Origin: an uncultured Fibrobacteria bacterium
GTDB lineage: Bacteria; Fibrobacterota; Fibrobacteria; UBA11236
NCBI GenBank assembly: GCA_963716395.1
Contig: OY970309.1
Coordinates: 2,784,001 to 2,848,000, forward strand
DNA: 64,000 nucleotides
Direction: 5' to 3'
Shown here: one piece after another, positions 36,033 through 46,205 of the stretch
Numbering within the stretch: the first letter of the stretch is position 1
How the letters are laid out: every line of letters begins with the position of its first letter
The notes under the pieces: model-generated
Database searches by the model: none
The model's input: the letters and a program-made list of their open reading frames with translations, nothing else
What the model was told of the DNA's origin: nothing
Made by a program: the position numbers and the translations under genes

Positions 36033-37426
36033 GGGTGACCTTGCTTCCGCGCTGCGAAATTTTGGGCGCGTTCTTCGGCGTCGGAATTGCGCCGCCGTTC
36101 TGCCTGCGACCAGTCGCGGATGATCAGCGCCGCCAAATCCGTGGCCGGCACGGCCATCACGTGTTGGTTGATAAGCATGACCGCCACCGCGATGCCGTCT
36201 CCGGGATGATCTTTGAAACGCGCATAGCCAATATACCACTCGTAGCGGCCCGGAGGCTCTTCGCCGTCGAGCGACCCGGTTTTGCCGCCCAAGTCCAGGC
36301 TATCCCAATCTTGCCGGCGCAGGTTGCGACGGAAGCCCCGGCGCGCCGTGCCCGAGGCCACCGTAGCCGACAGCATGGAACGCAACTGCGCCAACGCCGC
36401 CGTGGAGATGAACGGCTCCGTCGGGATCGGAAAAGGCAACACCCGCGTGGTATCGCCCTGCAGGGATTTGAGTCCCGAGGTAAACCGGGGCGGAAGCAGG
36501 TGGCCGTCGTCGCCCACGCTGCGGGCGATTTCCAAGGCGTGCAACGGCGAGATGGTGGTGGCGGTGGTGAACCCGCAGGCGGTTTCCGCCAGGGGAAAGC
36601 CGCTGTCGGGAATGTCGAGGTGGCTGGATTTCCATTCGTCCAAGGGCCCGGGCCGGTTGAACCCCAGGGCCGCGGCCATTTTTCGCAGCGGGGCGGGGCC
36701 AAGCTGCAGGCCGAGCAATCCGAAAACAGGATTGATGGAGCGGGCGAAGGCTTCCGTCAGGGAAATCCGCGGGTAACTTCCATGTTCCGGCGGGCGCAGT
36801 TGAAAGCGGTACAAGGTGTGGTTTCGCCCCAGCAGCGGCAAACTGTCGTCGGGGGTCTCACCCCGGCCATCGAGCGCGGCGGAGGCCGTGAGGATTTTGA
36901 TCAGGGACGCCGCGGGGAATTGCGCCTCCAGCGCCAGTTCGGGACGGGAGCGCGATCCGGTGGAATCGCGTTCGGCCAGGGCGCGCATCAGGCCCGAGTG
37001 CAAGTCGCAGACGGCCACGACGGCGCCTTCGGGCCGGTATTGGTTCAGATAATGCAGGGCCCGGGCTTGCAATAGGCTGTCGGCGGCGTATTCGGTGATC
37101 CAGTTTCGTCCTGCGAAGGCCAGGGTGTCTTGGCCGGGAAAATTCTTCGGCGGCGGCAGCGAATCCAACCGGGGTGGAATGGGAACCGCTTTTGCGGTCA
37201 CGGGCGGGACGGCGGCCGGCGCAGCCCGGTGCGATCGCAAACCCAATAGGAAAAACAGTGCCGCCGCCGGCACGACCAAAGCGAAACGAATGCGCAAGGC
37301 GCGGAGCAGCCGGTGGTGAAAAGGGGGCGGCGTTTTTTCCGCCGGGGTCAGCCCGAAACCCCATCGCCCCCCTCCGGGTTTCGAGGGTGTCAATCCGCCG
37401 CCTTGGGGCCCACAGGGTTTGCCCAT
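36002..37426 (-). CDS. Penicillin-binding transpeptidase-domain protein
   Basis: N-terminal TM helix; SLIK (SxxK), SIN (SxN), KTG; start uncertain. Confidence 0.82.
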   Translation of the reverse strand: MGKPCGPQGGGLTPSKPGGGRWGFGLTPAEKTPPPFHHRLLRALRIRFALVVPAAALFFLLGLRSHRAAPAAVPPVTAKAVPIPPRLDSLPPPKNFPGQDTLAFAGRNWITEYAADSLLQARALHYLNQYRPEGAVVAVCDLHSGLMRALAERDSTGSRSRPELALEAQFPAASLIKILTASAALDGRGETPDDSLPLLGRNHTLYRFQLRPPEHGSYPRISLTEAFARSINPVFGLLGLQLGPAPLRKMAAALGFNRPGPLDEWKSSHLDIPDSGFPLAETACGFTTATTISPLHALEIARSVGDDGHLLPPRFTSGLKSLQGDTTRVLPFPIPTEPFISTAALAQLRSMLSATVASGTARRGFRRNLRRQDWDSLDLGGKTGSLDGEEPPGRYEWYIGYARFKDHPGDGIAVAVMLINQHVMAVPATDLAALIIRDWSQAERRRNSDAEERAQNFAARKQGHPWREKNWPSS

Positions 37427-37431
37427 GCGGT

Positions 37432-38055
37432 TCAGGCGGCGCGCGGCGCAGCCGCAGGCTGAAAAATGTTTTCCCGATAATAGCGGAGTTCGGCCACCGA
37501 CTCGCGGATGTCGCTTTGCGCCAGATGCCTTTCGGCCTTTTTAAACGGCGCCAGGGTCGGATACCAATGCAGCGCCGCCAACTTGAAGGAACTGACGTCG
37601 ACGATGCGGTAATGGAAAAAGCTTTCCAAGCGGGGCATGTGACGGCCGAGAAAGCGGCGATCTTGCCAGATGGAATTACCGCATAACGGCGCCGTGCCCG
37701 GTTGCACGTGGCGCGCCAGAAACTCGAGCGTCTGGGTTTCGGCCGCGGCCGTATCCAGCCCCGAGGCCAGCACCCGATCCACCAATCCCGAGCTGCCGTG
37801 ATGGGTCTTGTTCCAGTCATTCATGCGATCCAAAACCCCGACCTCGTGGTGAATGGCGAACACCGGACCTTCGGCCAGGAGATTGAGATCGGCATCGGTC
37901 ACCAAAGAAGCGATTTCAAGAATAACATCGGCTTCGGGATTGAGTCCCGTCATTTCCAAATCGATCCACACCCAATTCGCCGCGGGCGAAAGGGGTTTCG
38001 CCGCCGGCGGAGGGGCTTGGTCTCCGTCCGGGGCGCGTCCCAAATCTGATTCCAT
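37432..38055 (-). CDS. orn: Oligoribonuclease
   Basis: WIDLEMTGL, HGSSGL, LCGNSIWQDRRFL, HYRIVDVSS, DIRESVAEL. Confidence 0.96.
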   Translation of the reverse strand: MESDLGRAPDGDQAPPPAAKPLSPAANWVWIDLEMTGLNPEADVILEIASLVTDADLNLLAEGPVFAIHHEVGVLDRMNDWNKTHHGSSGLVDRVLASGLDTAAAETQTLEFLARHVQPGTAPLCGNSIWQDRRFLGRHMPRLESFFHYRIVDVSSFKLAALHWYPTLAPFKKAERHLAQSDIRESVAELRYYRENIFQPAAAPRAA

Positions 38056-38177
38056 ATACCGGGATCTTCCTATTATTGGAAGGCATTTTTAAGCTAGAAA
38101 CTTCCCGGCTACGGAGCCGGCGCATGCTTGCGCCTCGATCCCGAAACCGTCAGGCGAAACGACTCGCGGCCATCCCG

Positions 38178-39584
38178 ATGAAATCCGAAATCGACTCGCT
38201 CCTCTTCGGGCATCTTTCCATCATCTTCGGATTTTGCCTGGGGTTCTGGCTGGTGGCGCGCGTGCTGCGTCAGCATTACCGCCCCTCGGTTTCGATTGCC
38301 TGGCTTTTGTCCATCCTGTTCATACCCTATCTCGGGGTTCCGGCCTATTTCCTGTTCGGCGGCCGAAAGATCGCGCGACGCCGGGGAAAGAAAAAAGGCC
38401 TCTATTCCAAATCCGGATCCAATAGCCCCCGATTCGAGGGAATGGATCCGCTGGAATGCATCCTGTCGGTGGCCCACATGCCGCCCCAGCGACCCGCCGG
38501 CCGTTTTGAATTCATTCCCGACGGCGAAAAGGCTTATGCCACCCTGCGCGATCTCATCGCCCAAGCCGAGCATTCCATTCACGTCATGACCTTCATCCTG
38601 GGGCGCGATGAAGTCGGGAAAGCCATCGTGGCGCAACTCGCCGCCAAAGCCGAAAGCGGGGTGAAGGTGCGGCTGCTCTTGGATGCGCTTGGATGCCTGA
38701 CCACGCGGGGCCGATTCGTGTCGGCGTTGCGGCGCGCCGGCGGCCGGGTCGGCGTTTTTGCGCCGGTGCTCCCGGTGCGCAGAAAATGGTCGGCCAACCT
38801 CCGCAACCACCGCAAAATGGTGATCGTCGACGGGAAAAAGGCGCTGATCGGGGGCATGAATTTGGCCCGGGAGTATATGGGCCCGAATCCCGATCCCCAA
38901 CGCTGGCTCGACTCCGCCATTTTTTTGGAAGGGCCCGCGGTCTTGGATTTGGAGGAGGTTTTTACCAGCGATTGGAATTTTGCCGCGAAGGAGGCGCTGC
39001 GTTCCGAGCCGATCGGTTTCGCGCCGCCGGTATCCGGCCAGGCCGGTCCTTCGGTGCAAATCGCGGCGAGCGGACCCGACGTGGCCGAAGATCCCGTGCA
39101 CGATGCCATCCTGACCGCCTGCATGGGTGCGCACAAGCGCATTTGGATCGTTACACCCTATTTCATTCCCGACGAGGGTATCGCGCGCGCGCTGCTTTTG
39201 CAAGCCCGCCTGGGACGGGATGTGCGGATTCTGCTCCCCCGGCGCTCAAACCATTTCTTTGCCGATTTGGCGCGCGGCCCCTGCTTGCGGCAAATGCGGG
39301 CCAGCGGCGCGAAGATTTATCTGTACGGCGGCGGAATGGTGCACGCCAAGCACCTGATCGTCGACGAGGATCTCACTTTGGCAGGTTCGATGAATCTTGA
39401 CATGCGCAGCTTGTATTTGAATTATGAAGTCGGCGTTTTCATCCGTTCCCGGGAAGATGTCGGGGCCGTGGCCGCGTGGGCGCAAGCGCTTATGGAGAGG
39501 TCCGTGGCCTTCCGGCAAACCCGGGTGGGCAAAGTGCAAGGATTCCTGGAAGATGTGAGTATGCTGATCTCCCCGCTTTTGTAA
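38178..39584 (+). CDS. cls: Cardiolipin synthase (PLD family, PLDc_N + two HKD motifs)
   Basis: AWLLxILFIPYLG, RNHRKMVIVD..GGMN, TPYFIPD, HAKxLIVD..GSMNLDMRS. Confidence 0.92.
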   Translation: MKSEIDSLLFGHLSIIFGFCLGFWLVARVLRQHYRPSVSIAWLLSILFIPYLGVPAYFLFGGRKIARRRGKKKGLYSKSGSNSPRFEGMDPLECILSVAHMPPQRPAGRFEFIPDGEKAYATLRDLIAQAEHSIHVMTFILGRDEVGKAIVAQLAAKAESGVKVRLLLDALGCLTTRGRFVSALRRAGGRVGVFAPVLPVRRKWSANLRNHRKMVIVDGKKALIGGMNLAREYMGPNPDPQRWLDSAIFLEGPAVLDLEEVFTSDWNFAAKEALRSEPIGFAPPVSGQAGPSVQIAASGPDVAEDPVHDAILTACMGAHKRIWIVTPYFIPDEGIARALLLQARLGRDVRILLPRRSNHFFADLARGPCLRQMRASGAKIYLYGGGMVHAKHLIVDEDLTLAGSMNLDMRSLYLNYEVGVFIRSREDVGAVAAWAQALMERSVAFRQTRVGKVQGFLEDVSMLISPLL

Positions 39585-39613
39585 TCGCGAACGAATCTTC
39601 CTACCGCCTTCCC

Positions 39614-40381
39614 ATGATTTCCCGGCCCCCGCCCGCCCCCCATCTGAAAGTCCTGACGTACAACATCCACAAAGGTTTTACCCGCAACAACCGGGCGCAT
39701 ATTCTCGAACCCATCCGCCGGGCCTTGCGCGCCATCGATCCCGATCTGGTCTTTTTGCAGGAGGTGCTGGGGGAGCACACGCGGCATCGCAAGCGAATTC
39801 CCGATTGGCCGGAAGCCCCGCAATGCGAATATCTGGCGCAGGATGTCTGGCCGCATTTCGCCTACGGCCGCAATGCCGTCTACTTGCAAGGCCATCACGG
39901 GAATGCCGTGCTCAGCAAATTTCCCATCCTGCAATGGGAGAACCTGGACGTCTCGAACAGCCGGTTGGAAAGCCGGGGCATTTTGCACGGGAAGGTGAAG
40001 TTGCCCGGGTCCGCGATTCCCCTGCATTTCTTTTGCCTGCATTTGGATTTGCTCGAGCGCGGAAGAAGGCCCCAAATCCAGGCGCTGTGCAATCGCATCA
40101 ATGCCGTGGTTCCGGAGAAAAGTCCGCTGCTTATCGGCGGCGATTTCAACGACTGGCGTGTGCGCGCCACGGCGACTTTGGAGCGGCAAACCGGAGTTCA
40201 GGAAGCTTTCCGAACCTTTCACCGGGCGCATGCGCGCAGTTTTCCTTCGCGGCGTCCGTTTTTAAAGCTGGACCGCATTTATTTTCGTGGCGCCGCGCTG
40301 GTCAACGCCGCGGTTTTGGACGGGCCCCCGTGGAATTCGCTCTCCGATCATTTGCCCCTGGTTTGCGAATTTTCCCTCTGA
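39614..40381 (+). CDS. Endonuclease/exonuclease/phosphatase family protein (YbhP-like)
   Basis: TYNIHKG, LQEV, YGRNAVY..HHGNAVLS, GDFNDW, LDRIY, SDHLP. Confidence 0.9.
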   Translation: MISRPPPAPHLKVLTYNIHKGFTRNNRAHILEPIRRALRAIDPDLVFLQEVLGEHTRHRKRIPDWPEAPQCEYLAQDVWPHFAYGRNAVYLQGHHGNAVLSKFPILQWENLDVSNSRLESRGILHGKVKLPGSAIPLHFFCLHLDLLERGRRPQIQALCNRINAVVPEKSPLLIGGDFNDWRVRATATLERQTGVQEAFRTFHRAHARSFPSRRPFLKLDRIYFRGAALVNAAVLDGPPWNSLSDHLPLVCEFSL

Positions 40382-40474
40382 ATCCGGAATTAATCTTGTA
40401 CGCAGCGCAGCCGGCCGGCGGGAGTCGTTCCGATTGGGTCCGGCGGAATTTTATTTGAAGGTCCGGGAGGGAAT

Positions 40475-41728
40475 TTGATCTCCATCGCCGCCCTCGGTTC
40501 GCACCTTAAGCCGGTCGTCTTGGCGATCTTCGCCATCACCTATCTGGGCATCGCGGCGGGACGCGTGCCCGGCCTGAAACTGGATCGCACGGGCATCGTG
40601 ATTTTGGGCGCGATCGCCATGATGGTTTTCGGCGGATTCCACACCGCCGATATGATCGGATTCATCCATTGGCCCACCATTTTTTTGCTGTTCAGCTTCT
40701 TCGTGCTTTCGGCGCAATTGCGTTTGTCCGGATTTTTCCATGCGGTCGCCGGCGGCATCGCCCGGAAGCTGAATCACCCCGCGCGCTTTCTGCTCCTCTT
40801 GATGCTCGCCACCGCCGGCCTTTCCGCCTTTCTGAACCATGACATCGTGTGCTTTGTTTTCACGCCCATCGTGGCGGCGGCCCTGTTGCAGCGAAAGCTG
40901 AACCCCGTGCCCTTTTTGATCGCCACCGCCGTGGCCAGCAATATCGGCGCGGCCGCCACCATGGTGGGCAACCCGCAAGACATGATGATCGCCCAAATCG
41001 CCGGGTTCGGATTCGGCCCGTATGCGGCGTGGTGCTTCGTCCCGGTATCCCTCGCGCTGGCCGGAGCTTACGGAGTTATCTGGTTGCTTTCGCGCCGGAG
41101 TTGGCTCAAGGCGGAAAACGCTTCCCTGCCACCAGAGGTAACAACGCGGCGGTATAACCGGCTGCATACCCTCAAGGGCTTGGTGATTCTCGGCATCGTA
41201 ATCGGCTTGTTTTTCACCAGCTTGCCCAAGGAGCTGGTGGCCTTGACCGCGGCCGGCATCCATCTCGCCAGCCCCAAATTCCGCACCGAAGATTTGTTGA
41301 AGCTGGTGGACTGGCCCATTCTTCTGCTCTTCATGGGGTTGTTTGCGGTGACGGGGGCTTTTCAGCAAACCGGATACGGCGAGTCGGCGGTGCATTGGTT
41401 GGCGGGCGTGGGCTTGAACCTGCAATCACAGCCGACCTTGGTGCTGGTCACGGCGGCGCTGTCCAACCTGATCAACAATTCCGCCGCCGTCATGCTGCTG
41501 TTGAAGGTTGCGCCGGTTGCCCACCCCCCTCTCGGCTATGTGTTGGCGCTGGCCAACAGTTTCGGTGGGAGCCTGATCATCGTGGGCAGCGTGTCCAACA
41601 TCATCGTGGTCCAGCAGGCGCGCGAAATGGGGGTGCGCATTTCCTTTCGGGAATTCGCGCGCTTGGGTATTCCGGTCACTGTGGTGGCCTTGGCCGGATT
41701 GATGGGCTGGATTGCGCTCCTCCATTAA
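40475..41728 (+). CDS. ArsB/NhaD-superfamily anion transporter (YbiR-like)
   Basis: LDRTGI, SAFLNHD, SNIGAAATMVGNPQ, LSNLINN, GSVSNIIV; polytopic. Confidence 0.85.
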   Translation: MISIAALGSHLKPVVLAIFAITYLGIAAGRVPGLKLDRTGIVILGAIAMMVFGGFHTADMIGFIHWPTIFLLFSFFVLSAQLRLSGFFHAVAGGIARKLNHPARFLLLLMLATAGLSAFLNHDIVCFVFTPIVAAALLQRKLNPVPFLIATAVASNIGAAATMVGNPQDMMIAQIAGFGFGPYAAWCFVPVSLALAGAYGVIWLLSRRSWLKAENASLPPEVTTRRYNRLHTLKGLVILGIVIGLFFTSLPKELVALTAAGIHLASPKFRTEDLLKLVDWPILLLFMGLFAVTGAFQQTGYGESAVHWLAGVGLNLQSQPTLVLVTAALSNLINNSAAVMLLLKVAPVAHPPLGYVLALANSFGGSLIIVGSVSNIIVVQQAREMGVRISFREFARLGIPVTVVALAGLMGWIALLH

Positions 41729-41931
41729 TCGGGCATGGGCGCTGCTTCCGGCTACGTTCGCAGGCAAGGCGCGAAGAGAATTATTCGGGACCGGAGCCAG
41801 AAAAAAGAATTTACCGGGGCCAGCGGTCGGTCTAGCAATGGGTTGTGGCCGATTGGTTTAAATTTTTCTGCCAGTGTAAATGCGCGGGATCGCCGGCTGG
41901 GCGATGATGCGAAGAATCAGAATAAAGGTGG

Positions 41932-43182
41932 TTGGGATTGGAAAAGCGAAGAGAAGTCGTGATTACGGGTTTGGGTGTCGTCAGCCCTTTGGGCTTCGAC
42001 GTGGATACTTACTTCTCCCATCTCCTGGCGGGCAAAAGCGGCGTCAGCGCCATCGCGCGTTTCGACGCTTCGGCCTATCCGGTGCAATTCGCCGGCGAGG
42101 TGAAGGGTTTCGACGCCACGGAATGCTTCGACCCCAAGGAGGCCCAGCGCACCAGCCGGTACATCCAATATCTGATGCATGCCGCCCTGCAGGCCGTGCG
42201 CCAGGCCGGATTCGATCAAGACCCGCCGCGGCGCGATCGCGCCGGGGTGATTCTGGGTTCGGGCATGGGCGGCATCGAGGTCTTCACCGAAAACGCGCAA
42301 TTGCTTGGCACGCGCGGACCCAAACGCGTGTCGCCTTTTTTTGTGCCCATGGCCATCACCAATATGGGTAGCGGCATGGTGGCCATTCGCCTGGGCTGGG
42401 GCGGTCCGAATTGGGCCGTGACATCGGCCTGCACCACGGGCAACCACGCGGTGGCCGCGGCCTCGGATCAAATCCGGCTGGGGCGCGCCGACGTCATGCT
42501 GGCCGGCGGGTCCGAAGAGGCGGTGTGCCCGGCGTCGCTGGCCGGTTTCAGCAATATGAAGGCATTGTCGCGCCGCAACGAAGATCCGGCCCGCGCCTCG
42601 CGCCCCTTTGATCGCGGCCGCGACGGATTCGTGTTAGGTGAAGGCGGCGGCGTGCTGGTTTTGGAGGCGCGTGAACACGCCGAAGCGCGCGGTGCCAAAA
42701 TTCTCGGCAGCGTGCGCGGTTATGGAATGAGTTGTGATGCGTATCACATGTCGGCGCCCCTGGAAAGCGGCGAAGCCGTGGCCCGGGCCATCGAGAGCGC
42801 CATTGTCGATGCCGGCATTTCCAAATCCGAAATCGGACTGGTTAACGCACATGCCACTTCGACCCCGCTGGGCGACGCCGCTGAGGTCAAGGCCTTGCGG
42901 CGCGTGTTCGGCGCCGGGTTGGAACACATGAAGGTGCACAGCACCAAGTCGATGATCGGCCATTTGCTGGGCGGCGCTTCGGGCGTCGAAGCCGTGGCCT
43001 TGGTGATGACCTTGAACTCGGGCAAGGTGCATCCCACCATCAACATGCAGGATCCCGATCCCGACTGCCCGGTCGATTGCGTGCCCAACGTTGCGTCGAC
43101 CACCACGACGCGCATCGGTATCAGCAACAGCTTCGGCTTCGGCGGCCACAATAGTTGTGTCGTGATCGAAAAAGGTGAGTGA
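41932..43182 (+). CDS. fabF: Beta-ketoacyl-ACP synthase II
   Basis: VVITGLG, SACTTG, SRPFDRGRDGFVLGEG, NAHATSTP, KSMIGH, NSFGFGG. Confidence 0.95.
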   Translation: MGLEKRREVVITGLGVVSPLGFDVDTYFSHLLAGKSGVSAIARFDASAYPVQFAGEVKGFDATECFDPKEAQRTSRYIQYLMHAALQAVRQAGFDQDPPRRDRAGVILGSGMGGIEVFTENAQLLGTRGPKRVSPFFVPMAITNMGSGMVAIRLGWGGPNWAVTSACTTGNHAVAAASDQIRLGRADVMLAGGSEEAVCPASLAGFSNMKALSRRNEDPARASRPFDRGRDGFVLGEGGGVLVLEAREHAEARGAKILGSVRGYGMSCDAYHMSAPLESGEAVARAIESAIVDAGISKSEIGLVNAHATSTPLGDAAEVKALRRVFGAGLEHMKVHSTKSMIGHLLGGASGVEAVALVMTLNSGKVHPTINMQDPDPDCPVDCVPNVASTTTTRIGISNSFGFGGHNSCVVIEKGE

Positions 43183-43228
43183 AAATTTTCGGGGTTAAAG
43201 CGTACCTCTAATCATCGCGTTCTCCGTC

Positions 43229-43320
43229 TGCGGCGGACCCGGCAGCGAAGGCATCGGCCTTCGACAGGCTCGGAACCAAGCTCAGGTCTCGTCCACTTCC
43301 GGCCGGGGTCCAGTTCCGCG
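43229..43320. repeat. Palindromic, REP-like intergenic element between convergent fabF and fbaA
   Basis: Outer stem ggacccggc/gccggggtcc; inner stem cgaaggc/gccttcg; contains ccttcgacaggctc; only one copy seen here. Confidence 0.4.
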
Positions 43321-43329
43321 GTTTGGGAA

Positions 43330-44355
43330 TCAGGCCACCAGGGTTTTGCCGGTCGAGTGTAAGTCGTCGCAGGCTTCTTTGACGCGCGCCGCCATGCTCT
43401 TCTCGCCCGCTTTCAAGAACGCGCGCGGGTCGTACATCTTTTTGTTGCCCACTTCGCCGTCGATCTTGAGCACTCCGTCGTAGTTCTTGAACATGTGATC
43501 GGCGATGGGGCGGGTGAAAGCGTATTGGGTGTCGGTGTCGACGTTCATCTTGACCACGCCATAGGCGAGCGTTTCATGGATTTCCTCTTTGGTGGATCCG
43601 GAACCTCCGTGGAAGACCAGGTCGAAGCGGGCCTTGTGCTTGGCCTTGAGTGCGTCCTGACCCTCTTTGAGAATGATCGGCTTCAGCTTCACGTTTCCGG
43701 GTTTGTACACGCCATGCACATTACCGAAGGTGGCTGCGAACATATAGCGTCCGCCCTTGGTTTGCGACAACGCCTCGTACACGCCAATCATGTCTTGGGG
43801 AGTTGTGTACAGCTTTTCGGCGGGAGCGCCTTCATGGCTGACGCCGTCTTCTTCGCCCCCCACCACGCCGGCCTCGACTTCGAGAATGATTTCGTTCTTG
43901 GCGCACAGCGCCATCAACTCCTTGGCGATCTTCATGTTGTCGCCCAGCGGCAATTCCGAGCCGTCGAACATGTGGCTGTTGAACAGGTTGGGGCGGCCCT
44001 GGGCGCGGCGCTTTTCGGTTTCGGCGATCAGCGGGCGCAAAAAGGTGTCGACTTTTTTGGGCTGGCAATGATCGGTGTGCAGGGCGATGTACACCGGATA
44101 TTTTTCCGCCATCAGTTGCACGTGCTGGGCCAGGGAAATGGCGCCCAGCACCATGTCTTTGACCTTGGTGCCCGAGGCGTGTTCGCCCCCGCCCGTGGAA
44201 ACCTGGATGATGCCGTCGGATTTGGCGTCGGCAAAGCCGGCCAGCGCCGCATTGGCGGTTTCGAGGTCCGACACGTTGATGGCCGGAAAAGCGTAATGGT
44301 TCTGGTTGGCCGTGTCGAGCATGCGGCAATAGGTTTTGTAATCCACCATGGGCAT
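43330..44355 (-). CDS. fbaA: Fructose-bisphosphate aldolase class II
   Basis: AFPAINV, LHTDHC, SHMFDGS, GGEEDG, FGNVHG, FHGGSG, KMNVDTD; RBS AAGGAG. Confidence 0.97.
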   Translation of the reverse strand: MPMVDYKTYCRMLDTANQNHYAFPAINVSDLETANAALAGFADAKSDGIIQVSTGGGEHASGTKVKDMVLGAISLAQHVQLMAEKYPVYIALHTDHCQPKKVDTFLRPLIAETEKRRAQGRPNLFNSHMFDGSELPLGDNMKIAKELMALCAKNEIILEVEAGVVGGEEDGVSHEGAPAEKLYTTPQDMIGVYEALSQTKGGRYMFAATFGNVHGVYKPGNVKLKPIILKEGQDALKAKHKARFDLVFHGGSGSTKEEIHETLAYGVVKMNVDTDTQYAFTRPIADHMFKNYDGVLKIDGEVGNKKMYDPRAFLKAGEKSMAARVKEACDDLHSTGKTLVA

Positions 44356-44454
44356 AAAAGGCTCCTTCGCGAGTGAAAACGACACCGCAAATTTACATCG
44401 CTTGGGCCGGCCTGTGCATGCCGCGAAGGCGCGGGCGCAATCTATGTTTTGCGC

Positions 44455-45975
44455 ATGATGCAAGAGGCCGCCGGCGCCGCATCGCCGGTTGATTCCGGCG
44501 GCAAATTCAGCGGCATATCCGGGGCGGAAAAATCCGCAGGAGAAAAAACCTATTCCGTGGGGCAGTACAACCGCAGCGTCGAGCGCCGGGTCAAGGCGTT
44601 TCCGCGCGTGTGGGTGCAAGGTGTCATCACCCAATTGCAAGTACGCGGCCGGGCCGCCTACTTGACTTTGGCCGAGTTCGCCGAGGGTGATGCCAAACCC
44701 AAGGCCGTGCTCGACGTGATGTTATGGGCCGCCGAATTGGAATACTTCAATGCGCGCTTCGCGCAGTTGGCCACGCCGTTCACCCTACGGCCCGAGCTCA
44801 AGGTTTCGGTGCTGCTCGAGTCGAGCTTTTACGTGCCCACCGGCCGCTTTCAACCCCATGTCAAAGAGGTAGACGAATTCTTCACCTTGGGCGAACTCAG
44901 CCTCACTCGCCGCAAAACTTTGGAGCGCCTGCAACAAGCGGGATTGCTCGATCGCAACAAACGTCTCATTCTGTCCGAAGTGCCGCTGCGCCTCGGTTTG
45001 ATTTCGGCGCCGGGTTCGGCGGCCTATCAGGATTTCACCACCACCTTGCTGCAATCCGGATTCGCCTTTCAGATCTTTTTTGCCCCGGCGCGCATGCAGG
45101 GGCCGGCCACCGAAGACACGGTCACGGCCGCGCTCGGGGCCTTGGCGCGGCATGGTCTCGACGCCATTTGCATCGTGCGCGGCGGCGGCTCCAAAACCGA
45201 TTTGGTGTACTTCGATTCCGAAAAAATCTGCCGCGCCATCGCGCTGTGCCCCGTGCCGGTATTGACGGGCATCGGGCATGAAATCGACCGGGCCTTGGCC
45301 GACGTGGTGGCGCATGCCGATCTCATCACGCCCACCGATTGCGCCAAGTTTCTCGAAGGCCGCGTCGAGGACGCCTGGCAGGATTTGCACCGCAAGGCTG
45401 AACTCGTGCGCGAAACCTGGGCCTTGGTCTATCAGGAAACCGGGTATACGGCCATCCGCCAGGCGCAGGCCTTGCGCGCGGCGTGGGAGGGTCAGGCGCG
45501 GCGCGAAGGCTTGCGCCAATCCGCGGCCTATCATGCCGCCGTGGCCGGATCGGGTCGCCTCTTGCGCGCGGCCCGGGATCATGGCCGGCAGAATCTCACC
45601 GGACTGTTGCGCGGGCCGAACAAATTGACCCGACTGGAACATTTGCGCTTTCTCAATCGCGCGGGTCTTTTGCACAAGACCTGGGAGGTGTGGCGCGCGC
45701 AGCAGCGCGGCCTGCTGGCACTGGGCCGTTCCCGTCTCACCCAAGCCTGGCTGCATGCGGCGCGCCGGACGCAAGACCGGTTAGACTCGCAGGAAAAACT
45801 GGCGCAGTCCGCCGATCCCGTCCGGCTGTTGCGCCGGGGTTATGCCTTGGTATATGACAAGGCCGGACGGTTATTGAGCGGTGCTGAAGCCGTGGCCCCA
45901 GGCCAGGAATTGCGCACCCGCTTTTGGGACGGCGCCGTACTCAGCCGGGTTCACGGCAAGGAGAAATCGGAATGA
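44455..45975 (+). CDS. xseA: Exodeoxyribonuclease VII large subunit
   Basis: VWVQGVI OB-fold, VRGGGS, TGIGHEID, TPT, LRRGYA. Confidence 0.93.
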   Translation: MMQEAAGAASPVDSGGKFSGISGAEKSAGEKTYSVGQYNRSVERRVKAFPRVWVQGVITQLQVRGRAAYLTLAEFAEGDAKPKAVLDVMLWAAELEYFNARFAQLATPFTLRPELKVSVLLESSFYVPTGRFQPHVKEVDEFFTLGELSLTRRKTLERLQQAGLLDRNKRLILSEVPLRLGLISAPGSAAYQDFTTTLLQSGFAFQIFFAPARMQGPATEDTVTAALGALARHGLDAICIVRGGGSKTDLVYFDSEKICRAIALCPVPVLTGIGHEIDRALADVVAHADLITPTDCAKFLEGRVEDAWQDLHRKAELVRETWALVYQETGYTAIRQAQALRAAWEGQARREGLRQSAAYHAAVAGSGRLLRAARDHGRQNLTGLLRGPNKLTRLEHLRFLNRAGLLHKTWEVWRAQQRGLLALGRSRLTQAWLHAARRTQDRLDSQEKLAQSADPVRLLRRGYALVYDKAGRLLSGAEAVAPGQELRTRFWDGAVLSRVHGKEKSE

Positions 45976-46205
45976 CAGACGCACCCCTGAGCTACGGCGA
46001 AGCCGTGAAACGGCTCGATGCCATTCTCGAAGACATCGATCAAAGCCGCGTGCCCATCGACGTGCTGGCCGAGCGGGTGATGGAAGCCGCCGCGTTGCTG
46101 CGGCGCTGCAAAAGCGTGCTCACCGACACCGAAGCCAAGGTGCGCGAAGTGCTGCAGGATTTGGAGCAGGATTTCGGCGAGGGGTCCGAAGAGGCCGGGG
46201 CGTGA
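45972..46205 (+). CDS. xseB: Exodeoxyribonuclease VII small subunit
   Basis: LSYGEAVKRLDAIL..LLRRCKSVL; ATGA overlap with xseA. Confidence 0.88.
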   Translation: MTDAPLSYGEAVKRLDAILEDIDQSRVPIDVLAERVMEAAALLRRCKSVLTDTEAKVREVLQDLEQDFGEGSEEAGA

